NCBI RefSeq assembly: GCF_001194135.2
Contig: NC_069005.1
Span: forward strand, 3,700,374 to 3,764,373
From: Octopus bimaculoides
Lineage: Eukaryota
DNA length: 64,000 nucleotides
Direction of reading: 5' to 3'
This document shows, piece by piece, positions 53,189 through 64,000 of the stretch; position 1 is the stretch's first letter; every line of letters starts with the position of its first letter. The translations under genes were made by a program, and so were the position numbers. The notes under the pieces are model-generated. The model saw nothing but the letters and a program-made list of their open reading frames with translations, was not told the DNA's origin and did not search any database.

Positions 53189-54406
53189 NNNNNNNNNNNN
53201 NNNNNNNNNNNNNNNNNNNNNNNNNNNNNNNNNNNNNNNNNNNNNNNNNNNNNNNNNNNNNNNNNNNNNNNNNNNNNNNNNNNNNNNNNNNNNNNNNNNN
53301 NNNNNNNNNNNNNNNNNNNNNNNNNNNNNNNNNNNNATATATAAAATTATATATATATATATATATATACATACACACATATGTGTGTGTATACATATGT
53401 GTTTGTGTGTGTGTATAAATGTGTATATATATATATGTGTGTGTGTAAATGTGTATATATATTATGTATGTATGTGTGCTCGTACGTGCGCAAATATATG
53501 GATTTCCGTCGTTTACTATGATGAATATTCTAGTTATTCAATGAAAAGAACCTACCAGCTTATCAAATTGCCGTGAAAATTGCTGTCTGCTCCAAAGACA
53601 CACTCAATGTATCCGTGAAATAATTCCTTATCCACTTCGCATAGAGTACATCGCATTTGGGCCTTTGTATCTCAGGTACAACCGAATCGTCGGTGCTTCA
53701 CGCTTTACGTCTCATCAGCTTCAATCACAAGTCATCCAGTCGAGCGGATGCACAGGGATCCAACTCGTTCCCTCGATATTCGAAAGCAGATCCTTCACCA
53801 GATCACTTCATTTGTGGTCTCACTGATACAAACACATACATGCACACACAAGCTCATGCACACTTGCATATCATAGGAACGCATACTTAAGTATATTTAT
53901 GACGGACACACACGCACATACAGGGAGAGAGAGAAGGAAATACAGACAGATGGATAGGTATTATACAAATACAGGAGCACACATACACACATGCATACTG
54001 AACTAGATTTATGCATTATACGCATATGCTCAATTATGCATGCATACTATTGTAAAGACTACAATACGTACATACATATAAACGTATAAACATATCTCTA
54101 CTGACAGATAGAAAAAGACATAGACGAATATATAATTTCATTTATATATATATATATATATATATATAAATGCATAAATATTTAGGTAGAAATATTAAAA
54201 TTCATATATTCAATTATATTTAGAAATATGCACACATCAGTTAATACGTACATGTAAATGTATGCGGGCACGTATAAACGTACGTATATTTCTACATGCA
54301 CATACATAAACAAGCGCATAGGTATCTACCAACATACAACCGTACATACAGCCAGACGTATACACGCATAACTTCAATCTATCCACGTAAATACAAATAT
54401 GCACAC

Positions 54407-54438
<32 letters not shown>

Positions 54439-54879
54439 NNNNNNNNNNNNNNNNNNNNNNNNNNNNNNNNNNNNNNNNNNNNNNNNNNNNNNNNNNNNNN
54501 NNNNNNNNNNNNNNNNNNNNNNNNNNNNNNNNNNNNNNNNNNNNNNNNNNNNNNNNNNNNNNNNNNNNNNNNNNNNNNNNNNNNNNNNNNNNNNNNNNNN
54601 NNNNNNNNNNNNNNNNNNNNNNNNNNNNNNNNNNNNNNNNNNNNNNNNNNNNNNNNNNNNNNNNNNNNNNNNNNNNNNNNNNNNNNNNNNNNNNNNNNNN
54701 NNNNNNNNNNNNNNNNNNNNNNNNNNNNNNNNNNNNNNNNNNNNNNNNNNNNNNNNNNNNNNNNNNNNNNNNNNNNNNNNNNNNNNNNNNNNNNNNNNNN
54801 NNNNNNNNNNNNNNNNNNNNNNNNNNNNNNNNNNNNNNNNNNNNNNNNNNNNNNNNNNNNNNNNNNNNNNNNNNNNNNN

Positions 54880-54925
<46 letters not shown>

Positions 54926-55568
54926 GCATATATATATATATATACACAAATGTGTACACATATATACATGCGCACGCGCCCGAGCACAAACTCACAAACA
55001 CACACATATATTTATATATATATATAATCATAATACTTATATATACATAAACAGAATTACACATACATAACAACAAGCATACCTGTCCACTTACAAGCAT
55101 ACATACATACGTACACGCTAATAATTAAAGAATTTGAACGATACACTCCACTTATAAATAGTGAAAATATTTACGTCCCTAAGTTTAAATTGTTTTCTAT
55201 TTTCATTTTTATGAGAGTGGACAAACAATGAAATTTACTATCAAATTTACTTTAGATCGTTATCAAGCGATGAAGTGGAGACGAATGCGTTATTTCGTTG
55301 ACATCGGTCGTATTTTATTTTTTTATTCTTTATTTTCTTCTAGTTTTCTCCTTAAAGTAGCGTCTAATGAAATAGTAGAACCTGTCAAACACAGACACAC
55401 AGTCATACACACACAGAGGGGCAGATACATTTGTAATATTATAGTGTGTGTGTGTGTGTGCGCGTGTGTGTGTTCGTGTATGTATGTGTCTGTCCAAGTG
55501 TTTATATATACGTATAACTATGTATGAATGTTTGTGTATATATATCTATTTTTTTCTTCTCTCTCTAG

Positions 55569-55599
<31 letters not shown>

Positions 55600-56299
55600 G
55601 CGTATGTATATATATGTGTATGTATATGTGTGTGCTTGTCTGTATGTATGTGTGTGTGATTGTATGTGCGTGAATACACACGTGTATACGTACGTTTGTA
55701 CGTATTCGTGTACGTATTCGTGTACGCATTATTGTATATGTGGATATGTGTGTGTGTGTATGTCAGTATGTATTCATGTATGTATGCATATGCGCGATGT
55801 TCGTGGTGTGGACTTGTTTATCTATGTCGTTTCGGCTATTGACTGTGTGATTGCATTTACAAAAGTAACTGACCCTGTCATTAGAGTCAGGAACCGAGTT
55901 CAGAAATTATTTACATGCGTATTCACGCGGCACACTCGTACACGTTTACAGGTGTCAGTGGAGTATATATTATATAATACGTATATATTTCTATATCGAT
56001 ACAGATGTGTAAAACATGTATAACATGTACGTATTTATATAAATCCGAGTTTGTATAAAATTACATAAACGCATGTTCATAAATGTACACGTGCCCCCAA
56101 ATTTAATTCTATCATTTTCAAGCCGCATTCTTTATTCATTACTTTAAATTTCACGCGGGAGAAGTAATCCGCAGAAGACCGATCAAGCAAAAGGTTGTTA
56201 ACGTACTCTCACATAACCTACACATGAGAGTGTGTGTTTATACGCGTGCGTGTATAGACACACACACACACACACACACACACACCAATATATATATAT

Positions 56300-56555
56300 A
56301 GATAGATAATTAAGAAGAAATAGATAGATAGGAAGTGATAGATAGCTCGATATATAGATATATAGACAGGTAGGTAGTTAAATAGACTGATAGACAGGTA
56401 GGTATATAGATAGACTAATAAATAGACTGATAGAGTGATATAGATAGATAGGAAGAGATAGATATATCGATAGATATATAAACACGTATGTATATAGATA
56501 GACTGATAAACAAGTAGGTAGATAGATTAGATAGACAGGTAGACAGACAGCTAGG

Positions 56556-56590
<35 letters not shown>

Positions 56591-56670
56591 GAAAGTATAG
56601 ATACATTGATAGATAGATGTATAGACAGGTAAGTAGACAGCTAGGTGGTTAGATAGATAGAAGATAGATA
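56300..56670 (+). repeat. (GATA)/(GACA)/(GGTA) tetranucleotide compound repeat
   Basis: Directly visible. Confidence 0.95.
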
Positions 56671-57100
56671 CGTGTGCATAAATGCATAGGGTGCTCTAAA
56701 ACAATGTGTGTGTGAGTGAATGTTTGAATGGATTACAATGTGTTTAATGTTACACATTATCGTTATTTTGTGTTGCTCATATATTTTTAATTAAATCTGT
56801 TGTTTTATAATTTAATTACCAACGGAATAGCATTATTCGACGAATCCATTTACATGTATTAAATACAGTTTTGTAATTAAATAAAAAGCATTTACGTACG
56901 TGTAAATTTAGTTTCTATTTTTTATCCCGCGTATGATTACGTTAGCAATTTTATTTCACAAATTGTGTGGCGATATATAGATTTAACTGATATGTATGTC
57001 CCTGTATTTCAGGGTACGTATGAACAAATTCATTATAAGTTGTTCTCTATAATAAATATATACACAACACACACATACGCTCACACACACACACACACAC

Positions 57101-57168
<68 letters not shown>

Positions 57169-57309
57169 ATGTCTGTGTATGTATATGCATGTATGATTTA
57201 TTATATATACTGCAGATGTAGTCGTGATATCTTTGTGCACGTATGCAAAGTATGTTTACGCGCGCGCACACGCTCGCACACACACACACATATTCACACA
57301 CATACACAT

Positions 57310-57712
57310 CTCTTGTTTAAGCCATTAGGCTGAGGCCATGCTGGGGCACCGCCTTGAAAGATTTAGTCGAACAAATTCACCCCGGGTAGCGTTGTTTTTG
57401 GTTTGTTCTTGGTTTGGCACTATTTTACCGGTTTTCCTGTGCCGTACCGCCACGTTACGTGGACGAAGACGGAAGAAATCTGGATGGAAAGTGGAATGTG
57501 TGTGTGGAGAGGGGAGCGAAGCACTACAATCAGAAAAACACCCAAACACATACACATATACAGTTGCACACACATACACGGCAGGTTTCTTCCAGCTTCC
57601 GTCCGCCACTCCCACTCACGAGACTTGGGTCGCCCCGCCGCTATAGTACAATTCACTTGAGCAAAATGCTGTGCCGTAAGACTGAATCCAAGCTACTTAC
57701 CACATAGCCAAG
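57310..57712 (-). mobile_element. SINE family B, diverged full length
   Basis: The reverse complement has GTGGTAAGTAGCTTG at the 5' end and GGCGGTGCCCCAGCATGGCCTCAGCCTAATGGC at the 3' end. Confidence 0.75.
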
Positions 57713-57975
57713 CCTGTGTCGATACAGATATACAGAGAGAGAGAGAGATTTATGTGTACGAACTTATTCAAATAATTATGTTTTCATGTCCCTATGCATT
57801 TATGATCTTTTGAGTGCCTTTAGTGTGGTTCCCTCCCTTGCAAATACTCTGACAGGATCTTGTGTTCTAATTGTCTTTTTCTCACTTCTATCAACCCATC
57901 ATGGTGCCCCTTGTCAGACCTCAAGTATACGGCCTGCCCTCCAGACTAAGAATTTAAAATAATAATAATAATAAT

Positions 57976-58421
57976 CCTTTCTAGTAAAGGCACAATGGCA
58001 GCAATTTTGGGTGATATGGGCCATTCGATTACGTCGACCCTAGTAGTCAAATGGTTCTTAATTTATCGACCCGAAAGGATAAGAGGCAAATTCGATCTCA
58101 GCGTAATTTGAACTCAGAACGTAGCGACGGGCGAAATATCGCTACGTATTTCATCCAGCGTAGTAACGGTTGAGCTATCTCTCCGCCTTAATAATAATAG
58201 TAATAATACTTTCTATTATAGGCACAAGGTCTGAAATTTGGGTGGGGGGATAATTCGTTAACATCGACCCAAGTACTCAACTGGTACTTATTTCATCGAC
58301 TGTTAAAAGGATGAAAGGCAAACTCGACCTCAGCGGAATTTGAACTCGGAACATAGCGACGGGCGAAATAGCACTATGCATTTCGTCCAACGTGCAAACG
58401 ATTTTGCCAGCACGCCACCTT
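57976..58421 (-). mobile_element. Two tandem SINE family A copies with (TTA)n tails (57976-58189, 58209-58421)
   Basis: Each is the reverse complement of family A and is preceded on + by (AAT)n. A further (AAT)n follows the second head. Confidence 0.9.
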
Positions 58422-59203
58422 AAATAATAATAATAATATGTAAAAGATCTTAAGAGAGAACATGCAAATTTTCTTCACTATGTAGACGACTGTTACTGTA
58501 GCGCGAAGCTTCAGGCTTATTACAGTGATTATTTAGACTATATGTGAACAAGATTATGCCTTATTAAGTCCTGGGCTCGGTGATTGAATTTCATGGTCTT
58601 CCTCGTAAAAATGTTAATGATGTACCAACAATTAGAATGGACATCTCCTACAATAAGGTTTCAGTGTAACCTGTAGGTAGGATCCTCATATCAGCGACTA
58701 GAAATATTTGATCCTTGCTCTGTAATATGATATTTGGTGAAAATATGTCAAAAATATCAAGATTTGATAGAAATTTAAAGCGTCTCCGCTTCTGGTAGCC
58801 TCAGGAGGGGTTTCCACAGTTAACAATAATGTAATTTTAAGCGAATATACCTGCTTCTCACCCTCCAAGGGTTAACAGAGTTACGCTGTCAAAAATTATG
58901 TAATTGATCACTGCTCACATCAAGCAACAGAGAAACAATTGTTCGTCATAATAGGCAAGAGAATCCATCACTTGTGGAGGAATATCTTTCTGGTTCTCGT
59001 TGACTTTTGGCAGTTGATCTCAGAGAAAAAGTTCTAAACTATAGATTAAAGACTATGGGAATGAGAAATTACAAATTTCCGAATCTAGTCATAGAGAAAT
59101 GTATCCCTAGTAGCAAGACACAGACTAGGTCGATTCAATTACCTATAGATGATTTTTTTAGCGCATTAAAAATGACAGTTCTTGTCTACCTACCTACCTA
59201 CAC

Positions 59204-59265
<62 letters not shown>

Positions 59266-61095
59266 GGTGAGAGAGACAGGAGTGAAAGAAAGAACACGTT
59301 GATATATGTGCAAACGGGACAAATGGCATTGAGTTCATGTAGATATCATGTAGATATCATGTATTACACTGATGCATGTGATTCTGGGCGTTGCTATTAA
59401 CGAGATTCTTGTGTATATAGAGTATTATATGTGTATATATATTTATTTGCGCGCGCTTGTTTGTGTATGCGCGCGCGCAACATAGTGCACATATCGTGTG
59501 CACATACACAGAGACCCGTACATTCATGCAAGCATCGAGACACCAGTTATCAGAGTCGGTACAGCATCAGTAATAATTCGCTGAAACATTTGTTTTGAAA
59601 CTCGGTGGTTTTATTTTAAATCATGTCGAGCGTACTTTATTTTTCATCCTTTAGTGCTTAGAAATCAAACAATACAGTTGTGATGCATCGTTCTTTTATA
59701 TTTGTTAGTTTGTCTAACGTACCGACTGCATTGGGTCCCCAGCTACCAAAAGCGTCAACATGTAATATGTTCATACTAAACTATCCTCGATTGTGCGCGA
59801 AAGCTGTATGTCAGGCAATGGTAGGTGAATGATGTAATAATACGTCGATGAAAAACTGTTGAAGGAATGCTTTATCTTGAATTTATTCGAGTAAAAAGAT
59901 ACCCTGTAGCAACTTTTAACCTTCCGTCACCACTTCTACTGAATCTGTTTTGAACCCATCACTGCCAGAAGATTATAAAACTGTTAGAAATTTTTACAAT
60001 GTTGTCATTGTAGTTTACATTGCTGTCAAACATAACTCTGGTTCAGAGTTGTATTAAGTGTTGCTATTGAAGTTATATTTTATGTTTAATCCCAAGAGTG
60101 CTCCTGTAATGATGCACGATGATAAAAAATTGACCAGCCTTGTCTATGCTGTCTTTACTTCAGATATAATTTATTCAGGATATAGACTAATGCGTCTTTC
60201 TATTCCTATGTGTGTAACTTATGATTGAAGACGATTTTAACACTGAATATTAGCAGGATGCGAGGACGCGCATGGTTGGTTCTGATGCTGTTGCAATTTT
60301 AGCATTCGTGTATTTGGATGATCATTGTCTGGTTGCTATTTTTTGACCTCAGGTCAAATCTAATGAAACGAATTTCGTTTCACTGCTGACCATCCAGTCA
60401 TTTTACCGTAGCATTTAGGAGGAAATTATGTAACGCTACGTAAGTTTAAATAATGTTATATAATTATATGTGTTATATAACATTCTTGTTTTAAGAATCT
60501 GCGATGTGATGACAGGAAACTCGAATGAATGATCACCCTGGGACACTCTTTGACTGGTTGATTTTGTTTCGGTGTCGGGGGAACTTTTTACTGCCGAGCT
60601 TAGTTCTGTTGTAGTCGATTTGCACTAACTCATTCTCTTTTCAGCTGGGCAACTAATGTCAAGTTGTGGTTATTTTCAATCATATTACATCTACCATTAA
60701 TTAATTAATCCATTCATTCATTCAATGTTATCTTTTTGTTTTTAGGGTCGTGCTTATTATTTGAGAGATTAATCGAATATCTGGTGGTAGTCCGACAGAC
60801 TCATGTTGTTTCATTCACTTCTATATACTTTCAGACTTTGATTCAAGATTAAATTTACTGCATACGGTTAAACAATTTCTGGCAGAATGACATGCGGGAG
60901 TGAAAAAGTCATGTCTCGATAGTAACCACACACAAAATGAGTTCATCCTATTACCATTTCATTCAGATATTATGGTATTTTCATGTCACAGTTTGTCTCC
61001 CAAGATTATATTCTGGTCTTGTTGGATAAGTGACACAAACATTCCAGATGCGATGAATATTTTACAACAATTATCTTCTTTCAGTATGAAGTATA

Positions 61096-61465
61096 GGCGT
61101 AGCTCTGCGGTAAGAGGCTTGCTTCCCAACCATATGGTTCCTCGTTCAGTCCCATTGCGTGGCACCTTGGGCAAGTGTCATCTTCTGCTAAAGCCACGTT
61201 CCGACCAAAGCCTTGTGAGTGGATTTGATAGAGAGAAACTGAAAGAATCCCGTAATATATATATTTGTGTGTCTGTGTTTCCCCTCCCCATCGTTTGACA
61301 ACCGATGTCGGTGTGTTCCGCGTAAATTAGCGTTTCGGCAAAATTTACCAGTAGAATAAGTACTAGGCTTACAAAGAATAAGTCCTGCGGTCGATTTCTT
61401 CGACTAAAGCCGGTGCTCCAGCATGACCGCAGTCTAATGACTGAAACAAATAAAAGTATAAAAAT
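61096..61465 (+). mobile_element. tRNA-derived SINE family B, full length
   Basis: Head GGTAAGAGGCTTGCTTCCCAACCATATGG..GTTCAGTCCC, CORE-like ACCTTGGGCAAGTG, internal (TA/TG)n, 3' GGTGCTCCAGCATGACCGCAGTCTAATGACTGAAAC and an A-rich tail. Confidence 0.9.
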
Positions 61466-61779
61466 TTGCAAAAATATTCACGGATTGTTGGAAAGACAAT
61501 TGAAAAAAAAAATGTTCTAAGAACTTGTTCAAACGGTCTTCCGGAACATTCCTGCAAAGTGGAAGAAATTTGACTAAACACGTGTTTTCCTTCCTCTTTA
61601 TGGCTCGCTATCGTATTCAGATTTACACCATTAGTAATGGTGGCCTCGAGGCAAGTCATTAGATGTTTCTTTCATTTATTTCTTATGTTCTTTACATTCA
61701 GGTTATACCAGAGAAAGCAGATCTATGAGCAAACATAGTTCAAGCGTAAGCTCCTCGAACGTTTACCACGTACAATTTT

Positions 61780-61950
61780 TTACATTTGACGGATATTTGT
61801 CCTCATCTTGTTTGTTGTTAACACAACGTTTCGGCTGATATACCCTCAAGCCTTCATCAGGTGTCTTGGGGAAATTTCGAACCTGGCCTCTCATTCCTAA
61901 GGTATTTTTCGATGTTATTACCATTATTCAGGTCGCTCGGAATCTTGGAG
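61780..61950 (-). mobile_element. Small repeat: tRNA-head remnant + short (AAT)-like linker + hammerhead-containing body
   Basis: The body (ATCGAAAAATACCTTAGGAATGAGA..CCAGGTTCGAAATTTCCCCAAGACACCTGATGAAGGCT.GAGGGTATATC) aligns with 5035-5111 on +. The 15-mer CTCGGAATCTTGGAG at 61936-61950 is identical to 4940-4954 inside a tRNA-like head. Confidence 0.75.
61821..61865 (-). ncRNA. Minimal type I hammerhead ribozyme (Penelope-associated type), apparently intact
   Basis: Minus strand reads GACAC-CUGAUGA-A-GGCU-UGAGGGUAUAUC-AGCC-GAAAC-GUU-GUGU(U). It has the CUGANGA core, stem II GGCU/AGCC, the GAAA core, palindromic AACGUU in place of stem III, an NUH triplet (GUU), and stem I (G)ACAC/GUGU(U). 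Confidence 0.8.
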
Positions 61951-62551
61951 TGTTTTTTTTATGGCTTATAAATCGAATATTTTCCTATCCTTTCTTAATA
62001 CCGGTTCCCATATGCTATTCGTATCTGCACTCAGTCTGCTTAGGAGGTTGTTGTGTCCTAGCATACGTGCTGCTTCTTTTAGTTTTCGTATTTTCCAGTG
62101 GTGTTCTATGTCTATTATTTTAATTCAACCCACAGGGGGGAGGTCTAAATAATGTAAATACAGCTCTCTCTTTTGAATCGACAGATAGTGTTTTGCGTCT
62201 GCGTTAGCTGTTCTTTCTTCATGGCAGCTAAGTCCTTTGAATAAATCTCTTTCATCGGTTCTTTTACAAAGGTTTCCAGAATATTCGTAGTATTAAAATG
62301 AAATAGTAGCAAACGAAAAGCGTGTTTTCATTATTCTTTTTAAAATAAAGTATTAATGGCTAACAGGAAATTTAGATCATATAAAAACAATAGTCTAATT
62401 GGTAATGACCTCAGTTCCGAAATTATTAACAACTTCATTATGCTATCTTCTGTTCTAATTTGCCATTCATATTGTTGACGTCGAAGAAAAGTATACAATG
62501 ATCGATAAGGCTACATACTCAATGTATATCATCATCATTATTACTACTACT

Positions 62552-63545
62552 GAATGACAGAGCAGTGCGTGCCATCGAAGTGACACTTGTGTATAAAATA
62601 TACGAACCTCAGTATATCCATCATGATTACCCGTCTGATAAAGGTACACCGGGCATAAGCTTCACAACAATATGTGCGTGACAGGGTGATCGCACATCAA
62701 GATAAACAGCGCAGGACCTTGAAGATGGAGTCCAGTTAGATTTTTCTTGAGGTCGAGTAACCCATTCTTCCCAAACGGTCCTTGAATAAGGGTTGTTTAA
62801 GGATGTTGAACGAATCAGCCATGTTTCCAGAGGAGAATTATTCAAACATTAAAGTATTTCTCTCAACACATGGATATGATGCTCAGCGAAAAGTTATGCT
62901 CGACATGCTTAACTGGTTAAGGTAAAAAAAAAAAAATGACAAGCAAATCTGTGGTATTGAGCAGAATATTTGCTGTAGACCATCTATTATACCAAGACAA
63001 AACAATGTACATGATAACACTTCTAATCACTTAAGATCAGAAGCCATGGGAGAGACTGCCTCGTGCTGCATCAGGGAATTTTATTATTATTATTATTGAG
63101 TGACACTGGGGTAGAATTATACGAATCCCAATATACCCATTATGACTGCCCGTCTTACAAGGTTACACTAAGCGCATTCATCACGACCATATGTGCACGA
63201 CATGGTGATCTCATATCAAGATATACAGTGCAGAACGTTCTGGTGGGGCCCAGTTAGAATTTTGATTAGCCCGATCCGCTCAAAAGGTCCCTGAATAAGG
63301 TTTGTTTAAGGATGATGAACAAAACACTCATGTTTCCACAGGTGAGTGATTCAATCCTCCCCAAATTCCTTTCAACACGATTCTGATGCTCCCCCACGAC
63401 TTCCGTTCGTGATCAGGGATACACATATCGTCAGGAACATGCTCAACTGGTTAATGTCAAGCAACTGAGAAGCAAATCTGTGGTATTGGGTCGAATATTT
63501 GCTGTAGACCATCCTTTATACCAAGACAAAACAATGTACATGATA
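62552..63545. repeat. Two tandem diverged copies of an unclassified ~500-bp repeat (62552-63076, 63098-63545) separated by (TTA)n
   Basis: Shared blocks GTGACACT.G.GTA.AAT.ATACGAA, GGTCC.TGAATAAGG.TTGTTTAAGGATG, CATGTTTCCA.AGG and AGCAAATCTGTGGTATTG..GAATATTTGCTGTAGACCATC..TATACCAAGACAAAACAATGTACATGATA. Confidence 0.85.
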
Positions 63546-63568
63546 TTATTATTATTATTATTATTAAA

Positions 63569-63781
63569 AAGGCAGCGAGCTTGCAGAATCGTTATCAGAC
63601 CAGGAAAAATGCTTCGCGATATTTTGTACGTCCATAAGTTATGAGTTCAAATGTCACCAAGGTCAATTTGCCTTTCATCCTTTCGGGATCGATAAAGTAA
63701 GTACCAGTAAAACACTAGGGTCGATAGAATCGACTAGTTCCCTCCCCAAAAATTTCAGGCCTTAAGCCTATAATAGAAAGA

Positions 63782-63828
<47 letters not shown>
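63569..63828 (+). mobile_element. SINE family A with long (TTA)n tail
   Basis: GGCAGCGAGCTTGCAGAATCGTTA..GAGTTCAAAT..AATTTCAGGCCTTAAGCCTATAATAGAAAGA(ATT)n. Confidence 0.9.
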
Positions 63829-63829
<1 letters not shown>

Positions 63830-64000
63830 CAAAAATATTGTTGATTATGACTTCGAGGTTTCGGCAAGCTAAGCCGGTATAGGTTTAGTGGCAGTCAGTT
63901 ATTCAAAATTAAATAAAATGTTCATATCAGTGTTTATTCAAACGACCTGTCTTCAAGCCATTGCTACAGAATGGCCATAAAATAAACTGGAAAAATCTGT

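Noticed and set aside
60353-60439. Strong acceptor and GTAAGT donor pair
   Set aside because: Stops in all three frames; a non-coding exon cannot be supported without RNA data.

Overview
AT-rich, microsatellite-dense eukaryotic DNA with 11 N gaps. The repeat content looks like an octopus/coleoid cephalopod scaffold; this is inference from the SINE families and repeat load. No intact protein-coding gene, true tRNA/rRNA gene or CRISPR array can be supported, and almost all ORF-track entries are translations of simple repeats or N gaps. The window is intronic or intergenic and filled with three tRNA-headed SINE families (called A, B, C here) and decayed transposon fragments. These include a Penelope-like (PLE) RT core (~20.0-20.4 kb), a PLE linker/GIY-YIG piece (~38.4-39.1 kb), an R4/Dong-type CCHC+RLE fragment (~18.7-18.9 kb), a Helitron Rep fragment joined to a Chapaev-3-like transposase piece (~28.9-30.0 kb), a mariner derivative built from two inward-facing 5' ends (~22.3-23.0 kb), and a pogo/Tigger-like end. 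The most interesting signal is a small repeat in two copies (~4.9-5.1 kb and ~61.8-61.95 kb) that links a tRNA-like Pol III head to a minimal type I hammerhead ribozyme of the PLE-associated kind. The ribozyme is intact at 61821-61865 (minus strand). Other notable items: a perfect 31-bp hairpin at 3527-3592, an inverted SINE cluster that could form dsRNA, a candidate 14-nt microexon, and a candidate signal-peptide exon pair. All exon calls are low confidence.
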